DNA of 64,000 nucleotides from a bacterium (GTDB taxonomy: Bacteria; Patescibacteriota; Patescibacteriia; UBA9934; GWF2-40-263), in the NCBI GenBank assembly GCA_020057555.1, contig JAGVFR010000001.1, forward strand, positions 3,062-67,061, written 5' to 3'. This document shows, one piece after another, positions 18,928 through 28,344 of the stretch. The notes under the pieces were generated by a model. That model saw only the letters and a program-made list of their open reading frames with translations. It did no database searches and was not told where the DNA came from. The translations under genes and the position numbers were made by a program. Position 1 is the stretch's first letter, and each line of letters begins with the position of its first letter.

Positions 18928-19611
18928 ATGGAAAATATTCTTCTCCCATCTTCCATCACTTTTGAGAAAGGACAGCGGCCAAATGAAGGCGTGCTGATTA
19001 TTGAGCCATGTTTCCATGGCTATGGAACAACGCTAGGCAATGCATTGCGTCGCGTTCTGTTGTCTTCTCTTCCTGGCGCTGCTGTCACAGCAATCAAAAT
19101 GAAAGGAGTGAATCATGAATTTCAATCAGTTGAAAATGTTAAAGAAGATGCTTTGGAAATAATTTTGAATCTCAAAGCTTTGAGAATTCGAATGTTTACT
19201 GATGAGCCAGTCACGCTTAAACTCTCTGTTTCAGGGGAGCAAGTGATAACTGCCGCAGACTTTGAACCTAATGCTGATGTTGAAATCGTGAATCCTGAAA
19301 TGAAAATAATGACAGCAACAGATGCGAAGAGCAAAATTGATTTGGAAATTATTGTTAAAAAGGGCCGAGGTTATTCCTCAACAGAAGAACGATCAGGCGA
19401 AACATCAGATCTTGGAACAATCGCGATCGATTCTCTGTTCTCACCAATCCGAAATGTTGGATATCGTGTTGAAGACACGCGCGTTGGAGAAATCACAAAC
19501 TACGACAAGTTAATTATGACAATTGAAACTGATGGAACGATTGCTCCTGAAGAAGCAGTAAAGCAATCAGCGCAATTCTTGATTGATCACTTTTCTTTGT
19601 TGATAAAATAA
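18928..19611 (+). CDS. rpoA: DNA-directed RNA polymerase alpha subunit, N-terminal (assembly) domain only; the alpha-CTD is not encoded
   Basis: 227 aa matching the alpha-NTD (EPCFHGYGTTLGNALRRVLLSSLPG...). rplQ starts 1 nt after the stop, so there is no room for a CTD. Confidence 0.9.
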   Translation: MENILLPSSITFEKGQRPNEGVLIIEPCFHGYGTTLGNALRRVLLSSLPGAAVTAIKMKGVNHEFQSVENVKEDALEIILNLKALRIRMFTDEPVTLKLSVSGEQVITAADFEPNADVEIVNPEMKIMTATDAKSKIDLEIIVKKGRGYSSTEERSGETSDLGTIAIDSLFSPIRNVGYRVEDTRVGEITNYDKLIMTIETDGTIAPEEAVKQSAQFLIDHFSLLIK

Positions 19612-19612
19612 T

Positions 19613-19966
19613 ATGCGTCATCGTAAGGTAAAGAAACAAATTGGACGTTCAGCAACAGCAACAAACGCAATGATGAGAAGTCTTGCCGCAAGTCTTGTAT
19701 TACATGAGAAGATTAAGACAACTGAAGCAAAAGCAAAAATGGTTCGTCCACTTGTTGAAAAGGCGATCACGTCTGGAAAAAAACCAACCCTTGCAACACG
19801 ACGCAAACTCATGACATTTTTTTACACAGAACATCCTGTTAAGAAAATACTGGAAGTTTTAAGTCCTCGTTATGCAACACGTCCTGGAGGATACACTCGG
19901 ATCACCAAAATCGGTCATCGTCCTTCTGACGGCGCTGACATGGTTCAAATAGAATTCGTTAAATAA
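19613..19966 (+). CDS. rplQ: 50S ribosomal protein L17
   Basis: MRHRKVKKQIGRSATATNAMMRSLAASLVLHEKIKTT. Confidence 0.95.
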   Translation: MRHRKVKKQIGRSATATNAMMRSLAASLVLHEKIKTTEAKAKMVRPLVEKAITSGKKPTLATRRKLMTFFYTEHPVKKILEVLSPRYATRPGGYTRITKIGHRPSDGADMVQIEFVK

Positions 19967-19967
19967 T

Positions 19968-20327
19968 ATGCGAGAAGAACAACGCGACATACAAACAATA
20001 GACGCTGAAGGACAAACACTTGGACGATTAGCATCACACATCGCCACTATTCTGATTGGAAAAGATAAACCAGCGTTTGAGCCGAATCGTGATTTGGGCG
20101 ATCATGTTCAAGTTGTGAACGCGTCCAAGATTGTTTTTTCTGGAAATAAAATGGATCAAAAAGTTTATTGGCATCACACAACATTCGGTCAAGGTCTTCG
20201 CATGATTGGACTCAAAGCTTTGTGGAGTAAAGATCCATCCGATGTTCTACGACGCGCGGTTTCAAGAATGCTTCCTAAAAATAAACATCGAACCGAGCGC
20301 ATGAAGCGTCTTGTTGTAAAGAATTAG
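19968..20327 (+). CDS. rplM: 50S ribosomal protein L13
   Basis: DAEGQTLGRLASHIATILIGKDKPAFEPNRDLGDHVQVVNASKI. Confidence 0.95.
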   Translation: MREEQRDIQTIDAEGQTLGRLASHIATILIGKDKPAFEPNRDLGDHVQVVNASKIVFSGNKMDQKVYWHHTTFGQGLRMIGLKALWSKDPSDVLRRAVSRMLPKNKHRTERMKRLVVKN

Positions 20328-20328
20328 T

Positions 20329-20733
20329 ATGACTGAAACTCCAAAACAATATATTGAAGCAGTTGGACGACGTAAAGCCGCGATCGCCCGCGTTCGACTT
20401 GTAAACGGTGGAACAGGAGCATTTTTGATCAATGAACGATCGCTCGAAGTTTATCTTCCTGTTGCGCTCCTGCGCCAGTCAGTGCTTTCGCCATTTAAGC
20501 AAACTGGAACAGAAAACATGTTTGATGTTTCCGTGAAAGTTGTTGGTGGTGGAATTCATGGACAAGCAGACAGTATTCGATTGGGAATTGCTCGCGCGCT
20601 GGTTGACTTTAATCCTGAATTTCGAGCAGTGTTGAAGAAGTCGAGTTTCCTAAGCCGAGACGCGCGTATTCGTGAACGAAAGAAGTTCGGAAAGAAATCA
20701 GCTCGTCGATCTCCACAGTGGTCAAAACGTTAA
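20329..20733 (+). CDS. rpsI: 30S ribosomal protein S9
   Basis: GRRKAAIARVRL..G.G...N; C-terminal KKFGKKSARRSPQWSKR. Confidence 0.95.
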   Translation: MTETPKQYIEAVGRRKAAIARVRLVNGGTGAFLINERSLEVYLPVALLRQSVLSPFKQTGTENMFDVSVKVVGGGIHGQADSIRLGIARALVDFNPEFRAVLKKSSFLSRDARIRERKKFGKKSARRSPQWSKR

Positions 20734-20741
20734 AAAAAGAA

Positions 20742-20765
20742 CAGAGGGAAACCTCTGTTTTTAGT
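20742..20765 (+). terminator. Intrinsic terminator of the ribosomal/rpoA operon
   Basis: cagaggg-aaa-cctctg hairpin followed by TTTTT, directly after the rpsI stop. Confidence 0.65.
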
Positions 20766-20836
20766 TTTGACAAGCAAAGTTTAACGTGCTTAACTCATAT
20801 TGTTTTCGGCAAATGCTTTTACGATCGGAGAACACC

Positions 20837-21667
20837 ATGGCAGAGAGAAAGTATGTTCCTGTTCATGTGTCTCTTGGGGACGCCTTAAAAGGCCCCATGC
20901 TTCGTCGAGAACTCAATTTGGGCACAACTGATCTACCAGAGGGCATCGATTTCGTTCGCTTGCCTGATTTAGGCATAATTCCAGCGGTCGTTGGATTACG
21001 AACAGAGCTTGATGTTCGCGCTGATGAGATATTCGAACCTCAAGACAAGTGGAGGGTCGTTGTTTCTCCGAACGATAGCCAACTTCTCAAGCGACTCTTG
21101 GGAAGAGAAAAGGGTGAGCTAAAGAGGGAAGGCTTTGGCGTTCGATACGACCTTGTTGACGCGCTCCGCGTTGCTCATGTGCGTTTATCGTACCTTGCAC
21201 CACCGAGCCAAACAATAATTCAGATCTGTTTCGCGTTCTTGCGAGATGGAAAACCAGTTGTTGAATGGAAGGCTTCATCAATTGGTCATCTCATTCGTGA
21301 AAGAAATCGTGTACTGCTCGAAAACGAAGTTATTCGTGCTGGGAATATGTTCGGTCATTGGAAGTTTCTTTGGTGGCAGATTGGCAAACCAGAACTTCCA
21401 GTTCCAAGCGTTCCAGACACTGACGAGTGGCTGAATGACTATCACGTGGACGTCGAGAATATTGTTCGAACGAATTTCGTACCAGTTCTTCAGAGCCTCT
21501 GGCGTGCTGAATTTGCCGAAGGCACACAAGCAACTCAACTAAGTCGCGCAGGCTACAAGCTTGAAGCTATTGGCCGAACACAAATCGGCGCAGGATCTCT
21601 AAGTGAGCTTGTGAAAGAACGACGCGCAAGACTTACTTCTCTCACTTTTCTTGGTGATGATGGCTGA
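20837..21667 (+). CDS. Hypothetical protein, G+C-rich stand-alone gene of unknown function
   Basis: 276 aa from ATG 20837 (GGAG 7 nt upstream); the ORF track's longer form starts at 20786. A TTGACA-like sequence sits at 20766. The gene has its own terminator and its GC content is visibly above the flanks. No motif recognised. Confidence 0.55.
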   Translation: MAERKYVPVHVSLGDALKGPMLRRELNLGTTDLPEGIDFVRLPDLGIIPAVVGLRTELDVRADEIFEPQDKWRVVVSPNDSQLLKRLLGREKGELKREGFGVRYDLVDALRVAHVRLSYLAPPSQTIIQICFAFLRDGKPVVEWKASSIGHLIRERNRVLLENEVIRAGNMFGHWKFLWWQIGKPELPVPSVPDTDEWLNDYHVDVENIVRTNFVPVLQSLWRAEFAEGTQATQLSRAGYKLEAIGRTQIGAGSLSELVKERRARLTSLTFLGDDG

Positions 21668-21680
21668 CGACAAGTCTGAT

Positions 21681-21707
21681 GGCGTAATAATATACGCCAT
21701 TTTTTTA
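21681..21707 (+). terminator. Intrinsic terminator of the G+C-rich hypothetical gene
   Basis: ggcgta-ataata-tacgcc followed by a(T)8. Confidence 0.6.
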
Positions 21708-21751
21708 TTTAACTAGAGCTTCACAAAAACGGTCTTTTACCGTAAGATTTC

Positions 21752-23185
21752 ATGCATGTGGCAAGTCGTTTAGCTAAAAATACGCTGTTTCTAACAGTTG
21801 CTTCTGTTGGTCAAAAGACGATTGCGTTTGTGTATTTTTTGTTTCTCGCAAGAATAATGATGCCTGAACAAACAGGCGTATATTTTCTGGCTGTTTCTAT
21901 CTCAATGATTTTTTCTGTGATTGCTGATTTCGGAATTACTCCAGTTATCATTCGTGAAATCGCAAAACATCCCGAAGATACTCATAAACTTTTCCAACGA
22001 ACTTTAACTGTAAAATTTCCATTGTTGTTGATTGGATATTTAATTGCTGTTAGCGCAACTGCTTTGATGGGATATGAAATTCAGATTTTATCGCTTGTAT
22101 TTTTTACAGGACTTGTTTTAGTTCTTGATTCGATTCATTTATTTTTTTATGGAGTGTTAAGAGGGCATCATATTTTATCTATTGAATCAATCGGAATGTT
22201 TTCAGGGCAACTAATAACTGCAATTGTAGGAGCTATGGTGCTTTGGTTACATCCATCACTACAACTTCTTGTGCTAGCTCTTCTTGCTGGCAGTTTGACG
22301 AATGTTATTCTTTCAACCTCAATGTTAGTTAGAAGGTTTGGTGTTAAATTATTTTCACCAGTTTTGGATTGGTCATTCGTACGATTTTTACTCAAAGCCG
22401 CATTGCCATTTGCACTCGCGGCAATTTTTGTGAAAGTTTATTCTTACATCGACACTGTGTTCATTTCGAAATTCATGGATGCTACTTCGGTTGGTCTTTA
22501 TGGTCTTGCGTATAAATTCACTTACGCGTTTCAATTTTTACCGCTTGCATTCATTGCCGCATTGTATCCGAATCTGAGTTCACTAATTAATTCTGATAGT
22601 GAAAATCTCAGTAAAACGTTTCATCGTTCAATGTGGTACATGCTGATTTTATCAACACCAATTGTTTGTGGGCTGTGGTTAATTGCACCAAACGTTGTTT
22701 TGCTTGCAGGTGATTCTTACAGTGCATCAGCACCAATTCTTTCTGTTTTGATATTTGTTTTGTTTCCAATTTTTTTAGATTTTCCAATTGGTTCATTGTT
22801 AAATGCCGCAAACAAACAGTCTACAAAAACAGCAATCATGGGAATTACAATGGTCATCAACATTATTTTGAATGCATTGTTTATTCCATCCTTTGGAATC
22901 ATTGGCGCGGCTTATGCTGCGTTGATTAGTTTTTCACTTATGTTTTTGATGGGACTTTATTTTGTTCCAAAAGTTATTTCGTCATTCAAATTTTTACCAT
23001 TATTTAGAAATGCAGTTTTAATTGTTGGTTCAGGAATTGTAATGGTTGTGGTAGGAAAGTTGCTTATAACTCAAATCGGATGGCTGGCCGTGGTTCCTGT
23101 TTGTACGATTGTTTATATTTTTTGTTTGTTTGTCACTAGAATGATAACTCGCAATGATTTCAAAACACTTCGAGCAAGTATATGA
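21752..23185 (+). CDS. Oligosaccharide/polysaccharide flippase (Wzx, MOP superfamily)
   Basis: 477 aa, about 12-14 TM. The N-terminus AKNTLFLTVASVGQKTIAFVYFLFLARIM...GVYFLAVSI is typical of the Wzx family. Confidence 0.8.
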   Translation: MHVASRLAKNTLFLTVASVGQKTIAFVYFLFLARIMMPEQTGVYFLAVSISMIFSVIADFGITPVIIREIAKHPEDTHKLFQRTLTVKFPLLLIGYLIAVSATALMGYEIQILSLVFFTGLVLVLDSIHLFFYGVLRGHHILSIESIGMFSGQLITAIVGAMVLWLHPSLQLLVLALLAGSLTNVILSTSMLVRRFGVKLFSPVLDWSFVRFLLKAALPFALAAIFVKVYSYIDTVFISKFMDATSVGLYGLAYKFTYAFQFLPLAFIAALYPNLSSLINSDSENLSKTFHRSMWYMLILSTPIVCGLWLIAPNVVLLAGDSYSASAPILSVLIFVLFPIFLDFPIGSLLNAANKQSTKTAIMGITMVINIILNALFIPSFGIIGAAYAALISFSLMFLMGLYFVPKVISSFKFLPLFRNAVLIVGSGIVMVVVGKLLITQIGWLAVVPVCTIVYIFCLFVTRMITRNDFKTLRASI

Positions 23186-24267
23186 GCAACAATAGGCTAT
23201 TGCTATTAACACCGGATTTTCCACCGAACAACGGTGGTGTTGCCAGATATTTATCAAAACTGGCTTCATATTTTTCTTCACGCATTCTTGTTATTTCTTC
23301 AGTAAAAAATTCAGCGCAAACAATTCCGTTTCCAGTTCTTGAGCAACAACTCCTGAATCCTTTTTTTTGGCCGAAGTGGATTGAAACAGTTAAACTTCTT
23401 TTTACGTTTCGACAATCTTACGATATCGCGCTAACAAGTCATGTTTTACCATTTGGCACTGCGGCATTTTTTTCTTTTTTGTTTACTAAAAAGCCCTACA
23501 TTGTTTTTGTTCATGGAATGGATGTGCGACTTGCGTGTTCAAACTTTAGAAAAAAACATATTGCAAAAATTGTTTTCAAACACGCGCGAGTTGTTGTTGC
23601 AAATTCGCGATCGCTTGCGCAGGAAGTTTCAGATAAGTTTGGAGTCTCTCTGCCACTTGTTGTGTATCCATGTATTGAGAGTAAAGCAGGAAAGACAGCA
23701 GATTGGAAGCAGGAAAGACGGCAAATCCGATATTTAACAGTAAGTCGTCTTGTCGAGCGCAAAGGTCATATCAAAGTATTGATGGCGCTTGCTGAACTTA
23801 AACAATCCAAATCAATTCCAAATTTTCAATATGACATTGTTGGTGAAGGACCCATGTTGCAGTCGCTAAAAGATCTTGCAGAACAACTTCATTTGGATGA
23901 GGTTGTGTTTCATGGCTCAGTAGACGACAATTTATTGGAAAAGTTTTATATGAATGCGGATATATTTTTAATGCCAGTTATTGATGATCTAAAAGATAAG
24001 GAAGGTTTTGGTTTTGTTTTCATTGAAGCCGCAAATTATGAAGTTCCATCAATAAGCACTCAAGTTAGTGGTGTTGACGAAGCTATAATCGATAATCAAA
24101 CAGGGCTTTTGGCTAAACCAAACGATCACGCAGACTTATGTCGTTCAATTGCTGTTCTTTCAAATACAATTGAAATGCGATTACGATTTGGTAAACAAGC
24201 CAAAAAAAATGTTGAACAAAATTTCACATGTGCACAACAATTTGCAAAACTTGAGCCATATTTATGA
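23182..24267 (+). CDS. Family-4 (GT-B, group 1) glycosyltransferase
   Basis: C-terminal EGFGFVFIEAANYEVPSISTQVSGVDEAIIDNQTGLL, an E-x7-E type motif. A 4-nt overlap with the flippase gene. Confidence 0.8.
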   Translation: MSNNRLLLLTPDFPPNNGGVARYLSKLASYFSSRILVISSVKNSAQTIPFPVLEQQLLNPFFWPKWIETVKLLFTFRQSYDIALTSHVLPFGTAAFFSFLFTKKPYIVFVHGMDVRLACSNFRKKHIAKIVFKHARVVVANSRSLAQEVSDKFGVSLPLVVYPCIESKAGKTADWKQERRQIRYLTVSRLVERKGHIKVLMALAELKQSKSIPNFQYDIVGEGPMLQSLKDLAEQLHLDEVVFHGSVDDNLLEKFYMNADIFLMPVIDDLKDKEGFGFVFIEAANYEVPSISTQVSGVDEAIIDNQTGLLAKPNDHADLCRSIAVLSNTIEMRLRFGKQAKKNVEQNFTCAQQFAKLEPYL

Positions 24268-24968
24268 GCGAGATTTCAGTAATTATTCCAACTTATCAAC
24301 ATGGAAAAACAGTAGAAAATTGTATTGATTCTTTGTTGATGCAAACTATTCCTCCAAAGGAAATTATTGTTATTGATGATGGATCATCAGATGATACAAA
24401 ACATCGCTTAGATAAATTTGGAGTAAAAATCAAATATGTTTTTCAAGAAAATCAAGGCGCTCCTCAAGCAAGAAACAATGGCGCCAAACTTGCAACTGGT
24501 AAATATCTACTTTTTTGTGATGCAGATATTGTTGCAAAGCCAAACATGTTTGAGGAAATGATTTCGGTTTTGAGGACACATCCAAAAGTTTCTTATGTTT
24601 ACTGCGGATTTCTTTGGGACAACAAGAAATTTTCAGCTCAAGGTTTTGATGCAAATAAACTTCGAAAATCGAATTACATCCACACTACTTCACTTATTCG
24701 AAAAGATGATTTTCCTGGGTTTGATCCAAAAATCAAGCGCTTGCAAGATTGGGATTTGTGGTTAACAATGCTTGAGAATAACAAGATTGGAATGGCGATC
24801 GAGAAAATTTTGTTTTCCGTCACAAACGTTAGTGGAAGAAACAATATTTCAAAATGGATGCCTTCTTTTTTATACCTAATTCCTTGGAACATGTTTGGCT
24901 GGGCACCAAAATCAATAAAAGAATACAAGCTTGCAGAAACAGTGATAAAATCAAAACACGGAATATGA
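24264..24968 (+). CDS. Family-2 glycosyltransferase
   Basis: ISVIIPTYQHGKTVENCIDSLLMQT...IIVIDDGSSDDT...FCDADI. Confidence 0.8.
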   Translation: MSEISVIIPTYQHGKTVENCIDSLLMQTIPPKEIIVIDDGSSDDTKHRLDKFGVKIKYVFQENQGAPQARNNGAKLATGKYLLFCDADIVAKPNMFEEMISVLRTHPKVSYVYCGFLWDNKKFSAQGFDANKLRKSNYIHTTSLIRKDDFPGFDPKIKRLQDWDLWLTMLENNKIGMAIEKILFSVTNVSGRNNISKWMPSFLYLIPWNMFGWAPKSIKEYKLAETVIKSKHGI

Positions 24969-25810
24969 TTTCCACAATTACTGTAAATTACAAAACATCG
25001 GATTATCTCGAAAGAATGTTGGAAAGTTTTTTTGTATTTCATAAACCTAATGAAGTCGAAGTAATTGTTGTTGAAAATAATTCCGGTGATGATCTCTCAA
25101 AGATCGCAGCACGTTTTCCAAATGTTCGAATTATTTATAGCAATGTTAATCTTGGTTTTGCAGGAGGATGTAATTTAGGAATTAAATCAGCACATGGCGA
25201 TTACATTGTTTTAATAAATCCTGACATCATTTTCACACAAGATTCTCTTTATAAAATAAGAGATGCAATGGAAAAAGAAACTGACATCGGTATCGGAGGA
25301 GTTTCGTTGAAAAATTTTGATGGTTCACAACAAAAATGTGTATGGCATTTTCCAACACCAACTGATCAACTTGCTCTTTTGTTTAAGGTTCATCATTTGA
25401 TCCCATCGTTTCAACCGGTTTCAAAATGGAGAATGGATGATTTTGATTACTCAAAAGATGCTGATGTAGATCAGGTTATGGGTGCGTTTTTTTGCATAAG
25501 AAGGTCTCTGATCGATCGAATTGGCCTTTTGGATGATGATTTTTTCATGTGGTATGAAGAAGTTGATTATTGCAAACGTGCAAAAGACGCTGGATTTCGT
25601 GTTCACTATTTTTCACGTATCGAAGCTAAACACAAAAAGGGAAGTAGTTTTGATCGAGTCGGAACACTGAAAAAACAAAATATGTTTCGAAGAAGCGTCC
25701 GAAGATACATGAAAAAACATTTTGGATTTGTAATTGGTTCATTCTTTATCTTGCTGGAGCCAGTTTTTTGGTTGTTAAGCGTGATTGCTTCTGTATTAAA
25801 ACCAATGTAA
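24965..25810 (+). CDS. Family-2 glycosyltransferase
   Basis: ISTITVNYKTSDYLERMLES...VIVVENNSGDD...NLGFAGGCNLG. The ATG at 24965 overlaps the upstream stop (ATGA); the ORF track's longer form starts at 24854. Confidence 0.75.
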   Translation: MISTITVNYKTSDYLERMLESFFVFHKPNEVEVIVVENNSGDDLSKIAARFPNVRIIYSNVNLGFAGGCNLGIKSAHGDYIVLINPDIIFTQDSLYKIRDAMEKETDIGIGGVSLKNFDGSQQKCVWHFPTPTDQLALLFKVHHLIPSFQPVSKWRMDDFDYSKDADVDQVMGAFFCIRRSLIDRIGLLDDDFFMWYEEVDYCKRAKDAGFRVHYFSRIEAKHKKGSSFDRVGTLKKQNMFRRSVRRYMKKHFGFVIGSFFILLEPVFWLLSVIASVLKPM

Positions 25811-25823
25811 TACGAAAAATTTT

Positions 25824-25930
25824 AAGTCGGATGGATAGCTGTGTTTCCGGGCCAGCGGACTCTTCGCCGCTGGTGTTGTCCGGTCTGGCTTTCAGCCAGA
25901 CATCGTCCAACACGGCTAACCATCCGACTT
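25824..25930. repeat. G+C-rich palindromic repeat element, copy 1 of 4 (longest copy; multi-hairpin)
   Basis: The outer stem is aagtcggatgg/ccatccgactt. The core is TTTCCGGGCCAGCGGACTCTTCGCCGCTGGTGTTGTCCGGTCT. An internal perfect hairpin is gtctggc-tttca-gccagac. It sits in an AT-rich spacer between the GT2 and O-antigen-ligase-like genes. Confidence 0.75.
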
Positions 25931-25941
25931 AAACGAATTGT

Positions 25942-27489
25942 ATGATTGATCAATTTTTTTGCAAAACATTTTATTTGTCACTTTGTGCCTTGTTTGTTTT
26001 ATTTTTGATTTCGTTGTTTTCATATTTTTTTAGTGGCTCATTGTTTTTCATGATCGCGATAGCTTTAATCACGATTTCTGTTTGCGCGTATAATCCAACT
26101 TTTGGACTTCTCGGAGTTTTTCTTGAATTATTTTCAAGTCCGCACGGTCATCTTATCTCAACTGAATTGTTTTCATTTGATGTCTCATTAAGAATGACAG
26201 TCTTTATAGGATTTTTTATTGGATATATTTTTTTCTTACTAAGAACAAAACAAAAACTTTCAATTTCATCAAAGAATTATTTTCCATTTTTGATTTTAGC
26301 AGTTGCAATTGCAATCGGTTTCATATTTGGCTTTCTCTCAAACCATGCAGTGAATGTTTTTAAAGATGGAAATGCATATTTTTACCTGCTGTACGTTTTT
26401 CCAATTCTTTCAATCAATTGGGATTCAAAGGCGAAAAGACAAATTCTTCAAGTTTTTACAGCTGGAGCTGTGTGGAATATTTTGCTTTCATTTTTGATTC
26501 TTTATTTTTTCACGCACGTTTCTGAACCGTTAATAAAAGTAAGCTATATCTTTTTAAGAGATATTCGATTGGCTGAAATAACTAATCTCGGCGGATCGCT
26601 TTATCGTGTTTTTATTCAAACTCAATTTTTTTCATTGGTGTTTGGAGCCTTCATCCTTGCATTAATTCCTAAAATTCAATCAAGACGCGAAACGATTCAA
26701 GCAACGGTTTTATTGAGTGCAGTGTTTGCAACTCTAATTTTAAGTTTATCAAGAAGTTTTTGGATTGGAATAATATTTGCACTTTTTGTTCTTGTATTTT
26801 TTCTGTATCGGTATTACAAAAAGGAGATAAGACTGAAATCTTATCTAATTTGTCTTTTGAGTTCTGTTGTTTTATCAGTGTTACTTATTGTGACTATAGT
26901 TTTGTTTCCATTTCCGACTCAACGCGTAGGAGGAAGCGATTTATCTGATTTGTTTGTAAAACGTTTTACTCAAAATGATGATGTGGCAATCTCTAGTCGA
27001 TGGAAATTACTTGATCCAATGTTACAAACAATCTCAATAAATCCAGTAATTGGAAATGGTTTTGGAAAAGAAGTTACTTTTGAAACAGATGATCCAAGAG
27101 CTAGAGATATTCGTTCTGATGGAAAGTGGTCAACTTATGCAATGGAATGGGGGTGGATGGAATTGTGGCTTAAAATGGGTATTCTCGGGCCTGTTGGTTT
27201 TTTGTTTTTGTTCGTATACATAAATAAGCGCCTGATGACGCTTATGAAATCTGAACACTCTTGGATTTCAATTGGATTGATTTGCGGTTTGTTTTTTCTT
27301 TTTGCAACTCACATATTTTCCCCGTATCTCAATCATCCGATTGGCCTAGGATTCATTCTTTTTACAATCATTTTCATTCCAAAGGAATCCGAATCTTTTG
27401 CTATTCAAAAATCTTTCCAATCCAATCCTTCCGTCCAGCAAGAAATGCCTTTGCCTGCATCGGCGCTTTCCCTTCGGGCTGAAGAGTGA
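25942..27489 (+). CDS. O-antigen ligase/polymerase-like multi-TM membrane protein
   Basis: 515 aa, more than 10 TM, with a large periplasmic loop (RVGGSDLSDLFVKRF...). It ends the glycan locus. Its 3' end overlaps fmt convergently by about 89 nt. Confidence 0.55.
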   Translation: MIDQFFCKTFYLSLCALFVLFLISLFSYFFSGSLFFMIAIALITISVCAYNPTFGLLGVFLELFSSPHGHLISTELFSFDVSLRMTVFIGFFIGYIFFLLRTKQKLSISSKNYFPFLILAVAIAIGFIFGFLSNHAVNVFKDGNAYFYLLYVFPILSINWDSKAKRQILQVFTAGAVWNILLSFLILYFFTHVSEPLIKVSYIFLRDIRLAEITNLGGSLYRVFIQTQFFSLVFGAFILALIPKIQSRRETIQATVLLSAVFATLILSLSRSFWIGIIFALFVLVFFLYRYYKKEIRLKSYLICLLSSVVLSVLLIVTIVLFPFPTQRVGGSDLSDLFVKRFTQNDDVAISSRWKLLDPMLQTISINPVIGNGFGKEVTFETDDPRARDIRSDGKWSTYAMEWGWMELWLKMGILGPVGFLFLFVYINKRLMTLMKSEHSWISIGLICGLFFLFATHIFSPYLNHPIGLGFILFTIIFIPKESESFAIQKSFQSNPSVQQEMPLPASALSLRAEE

Positions 27490-28342
27490 TGAGTTCCAGA
27501 GCTTCAGAATTAACCGCAACTATAATTTTCTCTTGATTTTCACACAAAGTTCCGTTTGGTTTATTTAAATTCGTTTGTGTAACTTTGGCTTCCAAGATCT
27601 TTACTCTTACTCGCTCGTCATTTATTTTAATTGTTGTCCAAGCTGTTGGCCATGGAACAAAAGCGCGAATCATTCTTTCAATACTTTTTGCATCAGAATT
27701 CCAATTTATCAAACCATCTTTTTTTGACAGTAATCGCGACACACTTGCTTCTTGATTATTTTGATCTGAAGGCATGCAATTTTCGTTTACGTACGATCGC
27801 AAAACATCACACAAAAATTTTGGTCCAATTGAATGGATTTTCAATTCTAGCGAAATCGTAGTTTCGTTTTCTGATAGCTCAAGAGTTTTTTGAGCAAGAA
27901 TTGGACCTGTGTCCATTCCTTCATCGAGAAGCATAATTGAAATTCCTGTTTTTTTATCTCCATTCAAAATTGCTGACTGCATTGGTGAAGGGCCTCTGTA
28001 TTTTGGTAAAAGTGAAGGATGAACATTCACAACACCTTTTGGTGGGATGTTTAAGATTGAACTTGGAATTAACTTCCCATATGCAACAACAACAAAAATA
28101 TCAGAGTGAAATGATGATAGTGTTTCAACTGCTTCAGTTTTTTTTAGACTTTGAAATTGCATGACAGGAATGTTTTTTTGTTCAGCAAAAATCTTAACTT
28201 CAGGTGATGTAATTTTTCCACCACGACCAGATGGCTTATCAGGTTGCGTAACAACACAAGCAACATTAAAATCACTCTCATTAGTGAGAGCTTCAAAAAA
28301 AGGAACAGCGAACGCAGGTGTGCCAAAGAAAACAATTTTCAT
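27401..28342 (-). CDS. fmt: Methionyl-tRNA formyltransferase
   Basis: MKIVFFGTPAFAVP..., the formyltransferase core (NVHPSLLPKYRG), and a C-terminal domain. Confidence 0.9.
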   Translation of the reverse strand: MKIVFFGTPAFAVPFFEALTNESDFNVACVVTQPDKPSGRGGKITSPEVKIFAEQKNIPVMQFQSLKKTEAVETLSSFHSDIFVVVAYGKLIPSSILNIPPKGVVNVHPSLLPKYRGPSPMQSAILNGDKKTGISIMLLDEGMDTGPILAQKTLELSENETTISLELKIHSIGPKFLCDVLRSYVNENCMPSDQNNQEASVSRLLSKKDGLINWNSDAKSIERMIRAFVPWPTAWTTIKINDERVRVKILEAKVTQTNLNKPNGTLCENQEKIIVAVNSEALELITLQPEGKAPMQAKAFLAGRKDWIGKIFE

Positions 28343-28344
28343 GT

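Noticed and set aside
20786-20836. Longer 293-aa form of the G+C-rich hypothetical gene starting at 20786
   Set aside because: The internal ATG at 20837 has a GGAG ribosome-binding site and follows the promoter-like sequence. The upstream codons overlap the putative promoter.
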